DNA from: Acidimicrobiia bacterium
Lineage (GTDB): Bacteria > Actinomycetota > Acidimicrobiia > Spongiisociales > ZC4RG35
Length of the DNA stretch: 64,000 nucleotides
NCBI GenBank assembly: GCA_041747855.1
Contig: JBGTEJ010000055.1
Span: 77,930 to 141,929 of the forward strand
Reading direction: 5' to 3'
Shown piece by piece: positions 28,216-37,303 of this stretch (position 1 is its first letter; every line of letters starts with the position of its first letter). Under the pieces are notes generated by a model that saw only the letters and a program-made list of their open reading frames with translations, did not search any database and was not told the origin of the DNA. Made by a program: the position numbers and the translations under genes.

Positions 28216-28848
28216 GTGGCACTGGGCAACCTGCTGAGAAGACTCCTTGGACCCCTTGCCGATCCCCTGATACGGCTCAATCGGCGACTCTTCATAGATC
28301 TGCGGTCCCTGGGCGAGATCCTCGGTCGGGGGCCGGAGCCTGACACCGTGCTCGAGATCGGATGTGGGGATGGACACATGTGTGAAGTCTTGGGTGTGGT
28401 ATTCCCTTCAGCTCAAATCAAAGGAATCGACATTGTCGAGAACCCTGGCTGGTTGTTCAAGGGCGACATCGACCGGGTGGAGTTTCGCCGCGTTGAGGCA
28501 AGTGCGCTTGCGGCAGAGGGCGAGAGGTTCGATCTCGTCCTGATCAACGATGTTCTTCATCATGTGCCCCCCGAAAACCGGGGTCCCCTCCTGAGGGCGG
28601 CGTGGGATCTAACTGCTCGTGGAGGCAGAGTGACGGTGAAGGACTGGATCAGGTTCAACAATCTCGCGACACTCGCTTCCTTCCTCTTCGAGCGCCTGGT
28701 AACAGGAGATCGCGTGGCCTACTTCCCAACTTTCGATTCACTGGTGACTCTGGTCACCTCGGAATGCGAGGGGGGAGAAGTCGTGGAACGTGGAACGGTC
28801 CCCCCACATAGGAACAATGGATTCTTAACACTCCTGAAGGCCCACTAG
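28216..28848 (+). CDS. class I SAM-dependent methyltransferase
   Basis: VLEIGCGDG, GIDI, FDLVLINDVLHHV, RGGRVTVKD. Confidence 0.88.
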   Translation: MALGNLLRRLLGPLADPLIRLNRRLFIDLRSLGEILGRGPEPDTVLEIGCGDGHMCEVLGVVFPSAQIKGIDIVENPGWLFKGDIDRVEFRRVEASALAAEGERFDLVLINDVLHHVPPENRGPLLRAAWDLTARGGRVTVKDWIRFNNLATLASFLFERLVTGDRVAYFPTFDSLVTLVTSECEGGEVVERGTVPPHRNNGFLTLLKAH

Positions 28849-28856
28849 AGGTTCCG

Positions 28857-28952
28857 TTGCGCCTGGAGTGCCAAGCCGTGAAAGAAGACCCCGGGGCAGG
28901 GATTCAAAAATGGGGTGTGTTTCCCGCCCCTTTCTACTGTGAAACGCCATGA
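28857..28952 (+). CDS. candidate bridge sORF (31 aa)
   Basis: TTG 8 nt after the MTase stop, preceded by GAGGT; its TGA overlaps the ATG of the GT2 gene. Confidence 0.25.
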   Translation: MRLECQAVKEDPGAGIQKWGVFPAPFYCETP

Positions 28953-30007
28953 CACAGGTCAGCGTGATAATCGTCACACACAACTCGGCGGAGTTGTTGG
29001 CCCCGGTTCTCGATGCCCTCTATTCCGACCCGGACGGGCCCAGCGAGGTCATCGTCGTCGACAGCGCTTCCGAGGACGGGACCATAGAGATGTTAAGAGA
29101 TAGGTCCCTAAACCTTGTCCAATGCGAGACAAACATAGGCTTCGCCGCTGGCTGCCATATGGGGGTTGATGTCTCCACTCATGAGGTCGTCGTCTTCCTC
29201 GGGCATGACACAACACCCGAGCCAGGATGGCTGAGAAGCCTCGTTGCAGCCCTCGACGACCGCGAGGTCGGAGTGTCGGTATGCACCTTGGAGGCGGCCG
29301 ACCAACCCGGGTCGTTCAACACATCCGGTGGCCGACTCACCTATTTCGGAATCGCCTGGATGAGTGATCAGGGAATGGCGATACCGGAACGCGAGGAGGG
29401 GCTGATCGACATCGCCTTTCCCCAAGGGGGGGCCATGGCGATGAGAAAGGAAACCTGGTTGCAGTTCGAGGGCTTCCGTCCCGAGTTCTTCATGTACAAC
29501 GAGGATGTCGATCTGGGTTGGAGGTTGCGACTCGCCGGACTGCGAGTTGTGAGGGTCCCCCAGTCCCGAGTTCGACACAACTTTGACTTCCACCGCACGC
29601 CCCGCAAGATGTTCTACATGGAGCGGAATCGCTGGCTGATACTGCTCTCCAACTACCGGAGAAGCACCCTCTCGGTTCTTGCCCCCGCCCTGTTCATTGT
29701 CGAGCTCGGAGCAACTGTGGTCTCGTTGCGCGATGGATGGTGGAGGGACAAGTTCGAGGCGTGGAGAGTGGTGGCCCGATCTGGAGATCTGATCCGGAGC
29801 GGCCGGAGGCTCACTCAATCGAACAGGCTACTCGGTGACGCCGACATCATTGCTTCGATGGACTACCGACTAACCGACATAAGCCAGGTGAAGAAGCCGG
29901 TGTTGACTGCGGCCGCCGATGTTGTGTTGGGTATCTGGCAGACGGCTGCGATCCGGCTCATCCGGCAATTGGATCGAAGAGGCCGTTCGACCCAACGATC
30001 CCACTAG
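28949..30007 (+). CDS. GT2 family glycosyltransferase (WbbL/rhamnosyltransferase-like)
   Basis: VSVIIVTHNS, VVDSASEDGT, NIGFAAG, FLGHD, FFMYNEDVDLGWR, ERNR. Confidence 0.92.
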   Translation: MTQVSVIIVTHNSAELLAPVLDALYSDPDGPSEVIVVDSASEDGTIEMLRDRSLNLVQCETNIGFAAGCHMGVDVSTHEVVVFLGHDTTPEPGWLRSLVAALDDREVGVSVCTLEAADQPGSFNTSGGRLTYFGIAWMSDQGMAIPEREEGLIDIAFPQGGAMAMRKETWLQFEGFRPEFFMYNEDVDLGWRLRLAGLRVVRVPQSRVRHNFDFHRTPRKMFYMERNRWLILLSNYRRSTLSVLAPALFIVELGATVVSLRDGWWRDKFEAWRVVARSGDLIRSGRRLTQSNRLLGDADIIASMDYRLTDISQVKKPVLTAAADVVLGIWQTAAIRLIRQLDRRGRSTQRSH

Positions 30008-30060
30008 CCGGCCCTCACCCGGGCAACTACGCTGCACCCAGAGGGCGATCAGGGGGACTC

Positions 30061-33000
30061 TTGGCGAAGCTGGGAAAGCGTCGTCGCAGGCTGGGGGCCG
30101 CGACAACGGTATTGGTGACATGCATGTGGCTGGGAGCGCTGTCGGTCAACGCCGCCCCAACCGGCTTCGTCGAGGAAGTGGTCGGACCGACACTCAACAA
30201 TCCGGTCAATGTCGAGTTCGCTCCCGACGGCAGGGTCTTTGTCTTGGAGAAGTCGGGAAGGATCAAGACATGGCCCACCTTTGCGGACTTCGAGTCGAGT
30301 GTCGGCGAGACGCTATTCACTGACCTAAACCACAACGTGCACGACTTCTGGGACCGCGGGGCGCTGGGTCTTGCCCTCCACCCCTCCTACCCGTCACAAC
30401 CCTACGTCTACGTGCTCTACACATACGACGCGGTGATCGGCGGGAGCGCCCCGACCTATGGGAATTCATGTCCCAATTCGACACCTCCATCGAACGGCAC
30501 CGGCGGAGACGGCTGCATCGTGTCGGGTCGGTTGTCGAGGCTCACCGCCGACACCACCGCCGGAACAATGGTCGGCGCCGAACTGGTTCTGATCGAGGAC
30601 TGGTGCCAGCAGTTCCCGAGCCACTCGATCGGGGATCTCGAGTTTGGTCCCGACGGGGCCCTGTACGCATCGGCAGGAGACGGGGCGGCCTTCCACTTCA
30701 CGGATCACGGACAACTAAACAACCCCTGCGGCGACCCTCCTTCTCCGGCCGGCGTGGCGCTGGCACCTCCGACCGCAGAGGGTGGGGCACTCCGGTCCCA
30801 ATCTCCGAGAGGCTCGGGTAGCACGCTCGATGGGACCGTGATAAGGGTCGACCCGATGACGGGAGAGGCCTTCCCGGGCAACCCATGGTTCGCCGATCCT
30901 GACCCCAATCGCAGTCGGGTCGTGGCCTACGGCCTGAGGAACCCATTCCGCTTCACGATCCGTCCCGGCACCCACCAACTGTTCGTTGGCGATGTGGGTG
31001 CGGGTGGCTGGGAAGAGGTCAACCACATACCCAATCCTCTGGGAGGGGTACGAAACTTTGGCTGGCCGTGCTACGAGGGTGGACTGTCGTCAGGCAACCC
31101 TGTGTCGCTGCGTCAGGCCGGGTTCGACGGCCAGGACCTGAACCTGTGCGAGACCCTGTATTCGGCCGGCCCATCGGCGGTCTCAGCGCCGTACTGGGCC
31201 TACCGCCACGGACAGGCCATGACGCCCGGAAACGTCTGCCCAACCGGCGGTGGCGGAGGGGGCGGTTCCTCGATCGCCGGATTGGCCTTCTACACGGGGG
31301 GCGGTTACCCGGGTTCCTACAACGGCGCCCTGTTCGGGGCCGACTACAGCAGACGTTGTATCTGGGTTATGTTCCCCGACGAGGGCGGGAATCCCGACCC
31401 CTCCACTATCCAGCAGTTCCATCAGACCTCGGGCAACGGCCCGGTCAATCTCACCATGGGTCCGGACGGCAACATGTACTACGCCATGTTCGGTTCCAGT
31501 GGGAACATCAGACGGTTCCGGTTCGTTGGCACCAACAATCCCCCGGTTGCGGTGATCGAAGCTTCCCCCGACTCCGGAACGGCTCCGCTCGAAGTGAGCT
31601 TCGACGCCACGGGATCCTCCGACCCCGATCAGGACGAGATCGTCTTGTACGCGTGGGACCTCGACGGTGACGGGCAGTTTGACGACTCGTCTGATCCGAC
31701 TGTGGTGCACACATTCGGCGTGGGCTCCCATACCGTGCGGCTACGGGTGACGGATGCCCGCGGGGAGTCCGGGACGGCTCAGATCGTGATCAGCGCCTCG
31801 AATACCGCTCCGGTGCCCGTTATCGACACTCCCGGGTTCGGCACCCAGTGGGTCGTGGGACAGCAGATCTCCTTCTCCGGTCATGCCACTGACGAGCAGC
31901 AAGGAATCCTCCCGCCTGGTTCGCTGATTTGGACATTGATCCTCCATCACTGCGAGGGCGGCCACGGATGCCACCAACATCAGATCCAAACGTTCCCGGG
32001 TGTGGCATCGGGATCGTTCAACGCGCCCGACCACGGGTATCCGTCCTGGTTGGAGCTCCGGTTGACCGCAACCGATGAACACGGTCTCCAGGTCACCGAG
32101 ACGCTCGAACTACACCCGTTGACGGTCGACCTGACTTTCACAACAGCCCCGATCACGGGGCTCGATCTCGTTGTATACGGGACGACCCGGACCTCTCCCT
32201 ACACCGCGACATTCATCGTCGGCTCGTCCGTGAGCGTCTCAGCGTTGGCGCCACAAGACGCGGAGGAAACCTGGAATTGGGGCTTCACGGAATGGTCCAA
32301 TCTGGGCGGCCAGTCACACACCATCACCGCCCCCGCAAACGACACCACATACACCGCCAGTTATCACCAGCAGCTGAAACCCGGATACGGCGACAGCTTC
32401 GGAATGGTCCAGACCACGACCGGGCGTTGGTTTCTCTATGACCCTGATACGACCGATACGACCAGCTTCTACTTCGGGATCCCCGGCGACACCCCATTGA
32501 TGGGAGACTGGGACTGCGACGGAGTGGACACACCCGGGGCATATCGGGAATCGGCCGCCTATGTCTACCTGCGCAACTCAAACAGCACGGGCATAGGCGA
32601 CCTGGCCTACTTCTTCGGAATACCGGGTGACATCCCGGTGGCAGGGGACTTCAACGGTGACGGTTGCGACACCGTCTCGATCTACCGGCCTTCGGAGTCG
32701 AAGTTCTACATCACCAACCAGCTCGGATCGAGTGATCAGGGCTTCGTCGCCGAGTACTCCTTCTACTTTGGGATTCCAGGCGACCGGCCCTTCACCGGGG
32801 ATTTCAATGGAGACGGACAGACCGACGTCGGACTTCACAGGGTGACCACGGGTCTGGTCTATTACCGATTCACCCTGGACACCGGCATCGCAGACTCCAC
32901 CCTCTACTGGGGAGCCCCCGGCGACGCAATCATCGCCGGGAGATGGGCAGTCAGCGGTGTCCCTGGCGAGGACACGCTTGGACTCTTCCGGCCTGCAAGT

Positions 33001-33129
33001 TCGACTGTCTACCTGCGGTTCGAAAATTCCCAGGGGTTCGCCGACTTCAGTATCGCCTACGGGTCCCCGCAAATGAGGCCGGTCGCCGGCCGATTTGGCG
33101 TGCTACCGGGGAACTCGGAGGCTCCCTGA
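30061..33129 (+). CDS. secreted PQQ-dependent sugar dehydrogenase-like (GSDH) protein with PKD domain and C-terminal DxDxDG repeat domain
   Basis: Signal peptide; GALGLALHP, SHSIGDLEFGPDGALYASAGDG, YGLRNPFR, GDVG..WEEVN, NFGWPCYEG; PKD (FDATGSSDPD, YAWDLDGDG, LRVTD). Confidence 0.9.
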   Translation: MAKLGKRRRRLGAATTVLVTCMWLGALSVNAAPTGFVEEVVGPTLNNPVNVEFAPDGRVFVLEKSGRIKTWPTFADFESSVGETLFTDLNHNVHDFWDRGALGLALHPSYPSQPYVYVLYTYDAVIGGSAPTYGNSCPNSTPPSNGTGGDGCIVSGRLSRLTADTTAGTMVGAELVLIEDWCQQFPSHSIGDLEFGPDGALYASAGDGAAFHFTDHGQLNNPCGDPPSPAGVALAPPTAEGGALRSQSPRGSGSTLDGTVIRVDPMTGEAFPGNPWFADPDPNRSRVVAYGLRNPFRFTIRPGTHQLFVGDVGAGGWEEVNHIPNPLGGVRNFGWPCYEGGLSSGNPVSLRQAGFDGQDLNLCETLYSAGPSAVSAPYWAYRHGQAMTPGNVCPTGGGGGGGSSIAGLAFYTGGGYPGSYNGALFGADYSRRCIWVMFPDEGGNPDPSTIQQFHQTSGNGPVNLTMGPDGNMYYAMFGSSGNIRRFRFVGTNNPPVAVIEASPDSGTAPLEVSFDATGSSDPDQDEIVLYAWDLDGDGQFDDSSDPTVVHTFGVGSHTVRLRVTDARGESGTAQIVISASNTAPVPVIDTPGFGTQWVVGQQISFSGHATDEQQGILPPGSLIWTLILHHCEGGHGCHQHQIQTFPGVASGSFNAPDHGYPSWLELRLTATDEHGLQVTETLELHPLTVDLTFTTAPITGLDLVVYGTTRTSPYTATFIVGSSVSVSALAPQDAEETWNWGFTEWSNLGGQSHTITAPANDTTYTASYHQQLKPGYGDSFGMVQTTTGRWFLYDPDTTDTTSFYFGIPGDTPLMGDWDCDGVDTPGAYRESAAYVYLRNSNSTGIGDLAYFFGIPGDIPVAGDFNGDGCDTVSIYRPSESKFYITNQLGSSDQGFVAEYSFYFGIPGDRPFTGDFNGDGQTDVGLHRVTTGLVYYRFTLDTGIADSTLYWGAPGDAIIAGRWAVSGVPGEDTLGLFRPASSTVYLRFENSQGFADFSIAYGSPQMRPVAGRFGVLPGNSEAP
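32392..33100 (+). repeat. about five tandem ~47-aa protein repeats, copy 2
   Basis: FYFGIPGDTPLMGDWDCDGVDTPG, FGIPGDIPVAGDFNGDGCDTVSIYRPS, ends RPVAGRF; collinear with copy 1. Confidence 0.9.
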
Positions 33130-33212
33130 CCCGGAAGTGTGGAGAAGGGCACTCGCTTCATCTCAGTCCGGACCGTTCAATCTTCTGGAAACAGCGTTGG
33201 CCTCTTGGCCCC

Positions 33213-34961
33213 TCAAGGGCGGATCGAGACGACACCGGATTGCGGTCCGACGTACACCTGCGAGTGCGCTTCTCCAGTGGAGTGACTGTTGCGCACGTAC
33301 CACATCCCAGTCGACGGCCGATAAACCCCCACCGTGTCGCGCCCATTCCCGTTCCAGTCGCCAACCAGTAGGACATCGCCAGGAATCCCATAGAAGAACT
33401 CGAAGTCAGCAAAACCGCCAGTGTTCGTGTTGCGGAAATAAACGAATCCAGACGACTCTCGATGCAACCCCACAGTGTCCACACCGTCTCCGTCAAAGTC
33501 ACCTACGAACGGCTTGTCCCCTGGCAAGCCGAAGTAGAAAGAGCGCTCAGCGACAAAGTATCCGCCATTCGACCCCAAGGTATCGGATAGGTAGAACCTG
33601 CCTTCCGAAGGCCTGTAAATCCCGACAGTGTCGCACCCATTGCCGTTGAAATCCCCAGCCACTGGGACGTCACCCGGGATTCCGAAGAAGAAGGTGATGT
33701 TGGCGTTCCCCTGGGAATTGGAATTGCGCAGGTAGACGTAGCCCGTTGACCGCCGGTAAAGTCCCAGGGTTTCCACCCCGTCGCAATCCCAATCCCCCGA
33801 GATCGGAACATCCCCACCAAGACCGTAGAAAAAGGTATGGGATGCCTCAGCAGCGGTAGCGTACGTCAAGATCTTGAACAGACCGTTAGAAGCCTGGAGG
33901 GCGACAGTGTCACAGTCTTCGCCGGAAGGACAGACATTCACTCCTGGGGTGACTCCCAAAGTCAACGACCCAGGCTGAAACCAGGTAGTGAGAGGGAACT
34001 GGTAGGCGGTCGATGCCTGGAGCATCCCGTCCCGCCAGCCAGCGTTCACGGTGTTGGGAACCCAGACCCGCCAGTCAGTCTCGTTGGGTTCCCTACTCTT
34101 GTTGAAGTTGAAGTAGATGAGAGCGACCACGTGGGGATGTGAAGCCGCCCAGCTGAACATATCTCTGATCCACTGGGACTTGGTTGCAGAAGGCCAGGCA
34201 CCAGCCTGGGCAATGACCAGGGGCTTGGTTGGGTAGGCGGCGGCAAGACCATCGATGATTCCACCCATGACCTGGTAGACATTGGCTCCATCCGCCCACC
34301 GGTAAGCAGAGATCCCGATCACGTCGACATAGCCGTCACCGGGGTAGTAGTCGGCGATGGAACCGCAACCGGGGGTCGTCCAACCATTGGGTGCGAATGC
34401 GAACCGCACCCGGGTCTCGTCGATACCGCGGTTCCTCACCAGGTTGAAGATCCGCCGATAAGCGTTCTGGAAGTGAGTCGGGCTACACCCATAGGTGACC
34501 CAGTCCCCATTCATCTCTTGAAGTGGCGCCAACACGAGGGACCGGCCACCACCCAGGTTCAGGTAGAGCTGGAGATGGTCGATCCACCGGTTGATGTCAG
34601 CATCGCTGTTCCCTGCCGCGATCTGTGCGGCAGTGCCCGGTACGTGCAAGTTTACGAAAGGGGTAGCTTTTCCCTTCCAGATCTCGTCGATACGCTCCCG
34701 GGTGTTCGACCACTGACCTGACAACGCCGGCCCAGGATCATTCATCACCGAGGCGAACGTGCCTCCGAACGTGACTCTCTTACCTGTTGCCGTGGCCAAT
34801 GCGTCGAGATCACCACCGGCGTGGAAATTGTCCGAGTAGAAGCCTCCGTGGACACTCCCCTGCCCGGGAATGGTGGCGGCCTGGGCTGGCGAGGGGGCGG
34901 GCAAAAAACCGGCACTCAAGAGCACGGCGAATACCGCCACAATGGCAACCGGACGACGCAT
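33213..34961 (-). CDS. secreted GH26-like glycoside hydrolase-fold protein with C-terminal DxDxDG repeat domain
   Basis: Signal peptide MRRPVAIVAV...AQA; LQEMNGDW, FAPN, DYYPGDGYVDVIG, KPLVIAQ, KSQWI, YFN. Confidence 0.88.
   Translation of the reverse strand: MRRPVAIVAVFAVLLSAGFLPAPSPAQAATIPGQGSVHGGFYSDNFHAGGDLDALATATGKRVTFGGTFASVMNDPGPALSGQWSNTRERIDEIWKGKATPFVNLHVPGTAAQIAAGNSDADINRWIDHLQLYLNLGGGRSLVLAPLQEMNGDWVTYGCSPTHFQNAYRRIFNLVRNRGIDETRVRFAFAPNGWTTPGCGSIADYYPGDGYVDVIGISAYRWADGANVYQVMGGIIDGLAAAYPTKPLVIAQAGAWPSATKSQWIRDMFSWAASHPHVVALIYFNFNKSREPNETDWRVWVPNTVNAGWRDGMLQASTAYQFPLTTWFQPGSLTLGVTPGVNVCPSGEDCDTVALQASNGLFKILTYATAAEASHTFFYGLGGDVPISGDWDCDGVETLGLYRRSTGYVYLRNSNSQGNANITFFFGIPGDVPVAGDFNGNGCDTVGIYRPSEGRFYLSDTLGSNGGYFVAERSFYFGLPGDKPFVGDFDGDGVDTVGLHRESSGFVYFRNTNTGGFADFEFFYGIPGDVLLVGDWNGNGRDTVGVYRPSTGMWYVRNSHSTGEAHSQVYVGPQSGVVSIRP
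33216..33911 (-). repeat. about five tandem ~47-aa protein repeats, copy 3
   Basis: GDVPISGDWDCDGVETLGLYR, FGIPGDVPVAGDFNGNGCDTVGIYRPS, GDFDGDGVDT, GDWNGNGRDT. Confidence 0.9.
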
Positions 34962-35001
34962 ACAGCTTCTATCGACCGCATCGGGGGGGGTCTTGAGAGT
35001 G

Positions 35002-36291
35002 TCAGGACGCTTGGGGAGCCGCAATGAGCGGTTTCTGGGTTTCATTGTTGAGGGTATGGGCAAGCCAAAGACCCAACGCAAACCATAGGGCGGGCTCGAA
35101 GATAACGGTCTGGGTGACGCTGGCTACTCCGACAATTGTTAGCGCGGAGCCGGCGACTGGGCCGCCCCGACGCCGTTGCGATGCAAGTAGCGCCAGGAAC
35201 CCCAGCATTCCAATGATCCCTGTTTCGCCAAGTAACTGGAGCCAGAGGTTGTGAGGTTCCTGCAAGTCGGTCTCTGACCAGCCGGTGCCGAGACCGATCC
35301 CTCTGATTGGGCTATCGAGGAAACGACCCCAGTACTCGGCCCAAACCTCAGCCCGATTGTCTCCCTCCCCGAGTGAAGGATCGATCTCGACGTGGTCTCC
35401 AGGTTCGATCGGCCCGAGATCGACAAGATGGGTGAGTCGGAATCTCAACGAGTCGACGACCTCACCGCCTACTCCATCCCGGTCCGTCAGTATGAGCACG
35501 CCAAGAAGCACCGCAGCCACCATCAGGGCGGCACCCAAGTTGCGGACGGCCAAGTCCCGTCGGCCCTTGCGGTGGTGGAACAGCACCACGCTGAGGGCGA
35601 TGACTAGACCCAACCATCCCGTGCGGGAGTAGGTCATGATCGTGGCCGCCACCAGACCACCCAGGACAACAGGGCCAAGCCAGACCGGGCCTCGCACCAC
35701 TCCCCGAATCCACGCGAAGGCCGCCAATACCAACCATACGTTGGTCCAAAGGGCGGAGTAGCCGGGGTCCTGATGCCAGTTTGTGAGGGCTAACAAGCCC
35801 ACCATGTAGGCCGGCTTGTTGATCCGGTCCACACCGGGGATGTCATTGATGGCGTTGACCGCCTCCTCACCAAACACACCATTGGTCATCATTGCCAGAG
35901 CGAAGCCCGTGGCCGCCATCGCCGCCGCCGACCAGAAGACGACTTTCAACACGGAATCCAAGTCACGGGCGTGACGACCGGTGACCATCATGAGCAACGC
36001 ACCTACGGCCAGTGCAGCCAACAATCGCCAGAACGCCTCCGACACACCAATGCTGGGCCAGGAAGCAAAGGCGCAGGCCAGGAAGATGCCCAGAGCGCTC
36101 GCACTCCGACGGTGCCAGGGGAACTTCCGACAGTCCCAGAGATCGGCAGCCGCTACCACCACCACGAGCACCAGCCATGCCTTCAACGCGATGACACCAC
36201 GGAAGTACACCGTATGAAGAGGAAGTACAGCTACCAGTGACAGGTAGGCGACTCGTGCGACACGACTCTGGTTGGGAATCACCGGCTGCAA
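35002..36291 (-). CDS. O-antigen ligase/polymerase family (WaaL/Wzy-like) membrane protein
   Basis: Multi-TM; DPG, TYSRTGW, R..VW, PIRGIGLG, PHNLWLQLLGETGIIG. Confidence 0.88.
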   Translation of the reverse strand: MQPVIPNQSRVARVAYLSLVAVLPLHTVYFRGVIALKAWLVLVVVVAAADLWDCRKFPWHRRSASALGIFLACAFASWPSIGVSEAFWRLLAALAVGALLMMVTGRHARDLDSVLKVVFWSAAAMAATGFALAMMTNGVFGEEAVNAINDIPGVDRINKPAYMVGLLALTNWHQDPGYSALWTNVWLVLAAFAWIRGVVRGPVWLGPVVLGGLVAATIMTYSRTGWLGLVIALSVVLFHHRKGRRDLAVRNLGAALMVAAVLLGVLILTDRDGVGGEVVDSLRFRLTHLVDLGPIEPGDHVEIDPSLGEGDNRAEVWAEYWGRFLDSPIRGIGLGTGWSETDLQEPHNLWLQLLGETGIIGMLGFLALLASQRRRGGPVAGSALTIVGVASVTQTVIFEPALWFALGLWLAHTLNNETQKPLIAAPQAS

Positions 36292-36349
36292 GGCTAGGTG
36301 GTCTGTCCTGACAACAACCAGCTCACGAGTTCACTTACCATTCCCGCCG

Positions 36350-37303
36350 ATGCCCAGCGCCAAACCGGACGGCCCGTCCGACATCTCGATTGTCCTGACT
36401 ATCCGGAACGAGGTTGCCAGTATCAGAGATCTGTTGGAGGCACTTCTCGTCGGAACAGTCACCCCAGGCGAGATTGTGGTCGCCGACGGCGGTTCCACAG
36501 ATGGGACCATCGAGGTCGTCGAGGAGATCGGTCGTCACAATCCCGAAGTTCGTATCTTCACCGATGTCGGCGACCGTTCCAGAGGGCGCAATGTCGGCAT
36601 CCGGAACGCACGCTTTGATCGGATAGCCACGATCGATGGCGGTTGCCGTCCCCGTTCCGACTGGCTGGAGCACATCCTGACAGCCTTCGATGGTGGCGTA
36701 CTTTGGGTAGGGGCATTTTACGAACCGGTCGGCCAGACCAATCTGTCGACCGCGATCGGTCTCACCATGGTGTATGTCGAGGAAGAGGCCCGGCGCCACT
36801 TCATCCCCTCGGCGCGTTCCATGGGCTTCACCAAGGAACTCTGGTCGGAAGTGGGAGGATTCCCTGACGGGCTCCAGTTCGCCGAGGACACCACATTCGC
36901 CCAGGGTCTACTGGATCGCGGTTACACACCCGAGTTCACACCGAAGGCGGTCGTCGAGTGGCATCCCCCAAGGACTTTGCGGGAGCAGGCTCGAACCATG
37001 TTCAAGTGGGGTCATGGAGACGGGCTTCAGGCTCTGAGATCAGACCACTACAGAAGATTGCTGGGAATCCTCGCCATCGGCGGCGTGGTGCTCGTGAGCA
37101 CAGTTCTCGTCGACATTCGACTTGTTCCCCTGGCTCTTCTTCCACTCGGCCCGTTCGTCGCCCGGAATACCCGATACAAGTACCGACACATGTACGGTTG
37201 GACGAAGTGGGTGTTGATCCCACTGGCCAGTGTCAACGGTGCGGTCAGCTCCCTGATCGGATTCCTTGCGGGACGGCGGGAACGTCTACGAGGCGGGACT
37301 TGA
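36350..37303 (+). CDS. GT2 family glycosyltransferase with C-terminal TM segments
   Basis: ISIVLTIRNE, ADGGSTDGT, GRNVGI, TIDGG, VGGFP, AED. Confidence 0.92.
   Translation: MPSAKPDGPSDISIVLTIRNEVASIRDLLEALLVGTVTPGEIVVADGGSTDGTIEVVEEIGRHNPEVRIFTDVGDRSRGRNVGIRNARFDRIATIDGGCRPRSDWLEHILTAFDGGVLWVGAFYEPVGQTNLSTAIGLTMVYVEEEARRHFIPSARSMGFTKELWSEVGGFPDGLQFAEDTTFAQGLLDRGYTPEFTPKAVVEWHPPRTLREQARTMFKWGHGDGLQALRSDHYRRLLGILAIGGVVLVSTVLVDIRLVPLALLPLGPFVARNTRYKYRHMYGWTKWVLIPLASVNGAVSSLIGFLAGRRERLRGGT

Noticed and set aside
31247-31266. GGN tract encoding poly-Gly
   Set aside because: Mixed codons, in frame; a linker rather than a phase-variable repeat.
27458-33911. Repeated DNA motifs as a possible CRISPR array or DGR template/variable repeats
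   Set aside because: They are in-frame protein repeats with synonymous divergence; no identical repeat-spacer pattern and no cas or reverse transcriptase gene in the window.
36958-37299. 114-aa N-terminal extension of the GT4/GT2 ORF
   Set aside because: Overlaps the upstream GT2; the TTGA junction at 37300 is the plausible start.
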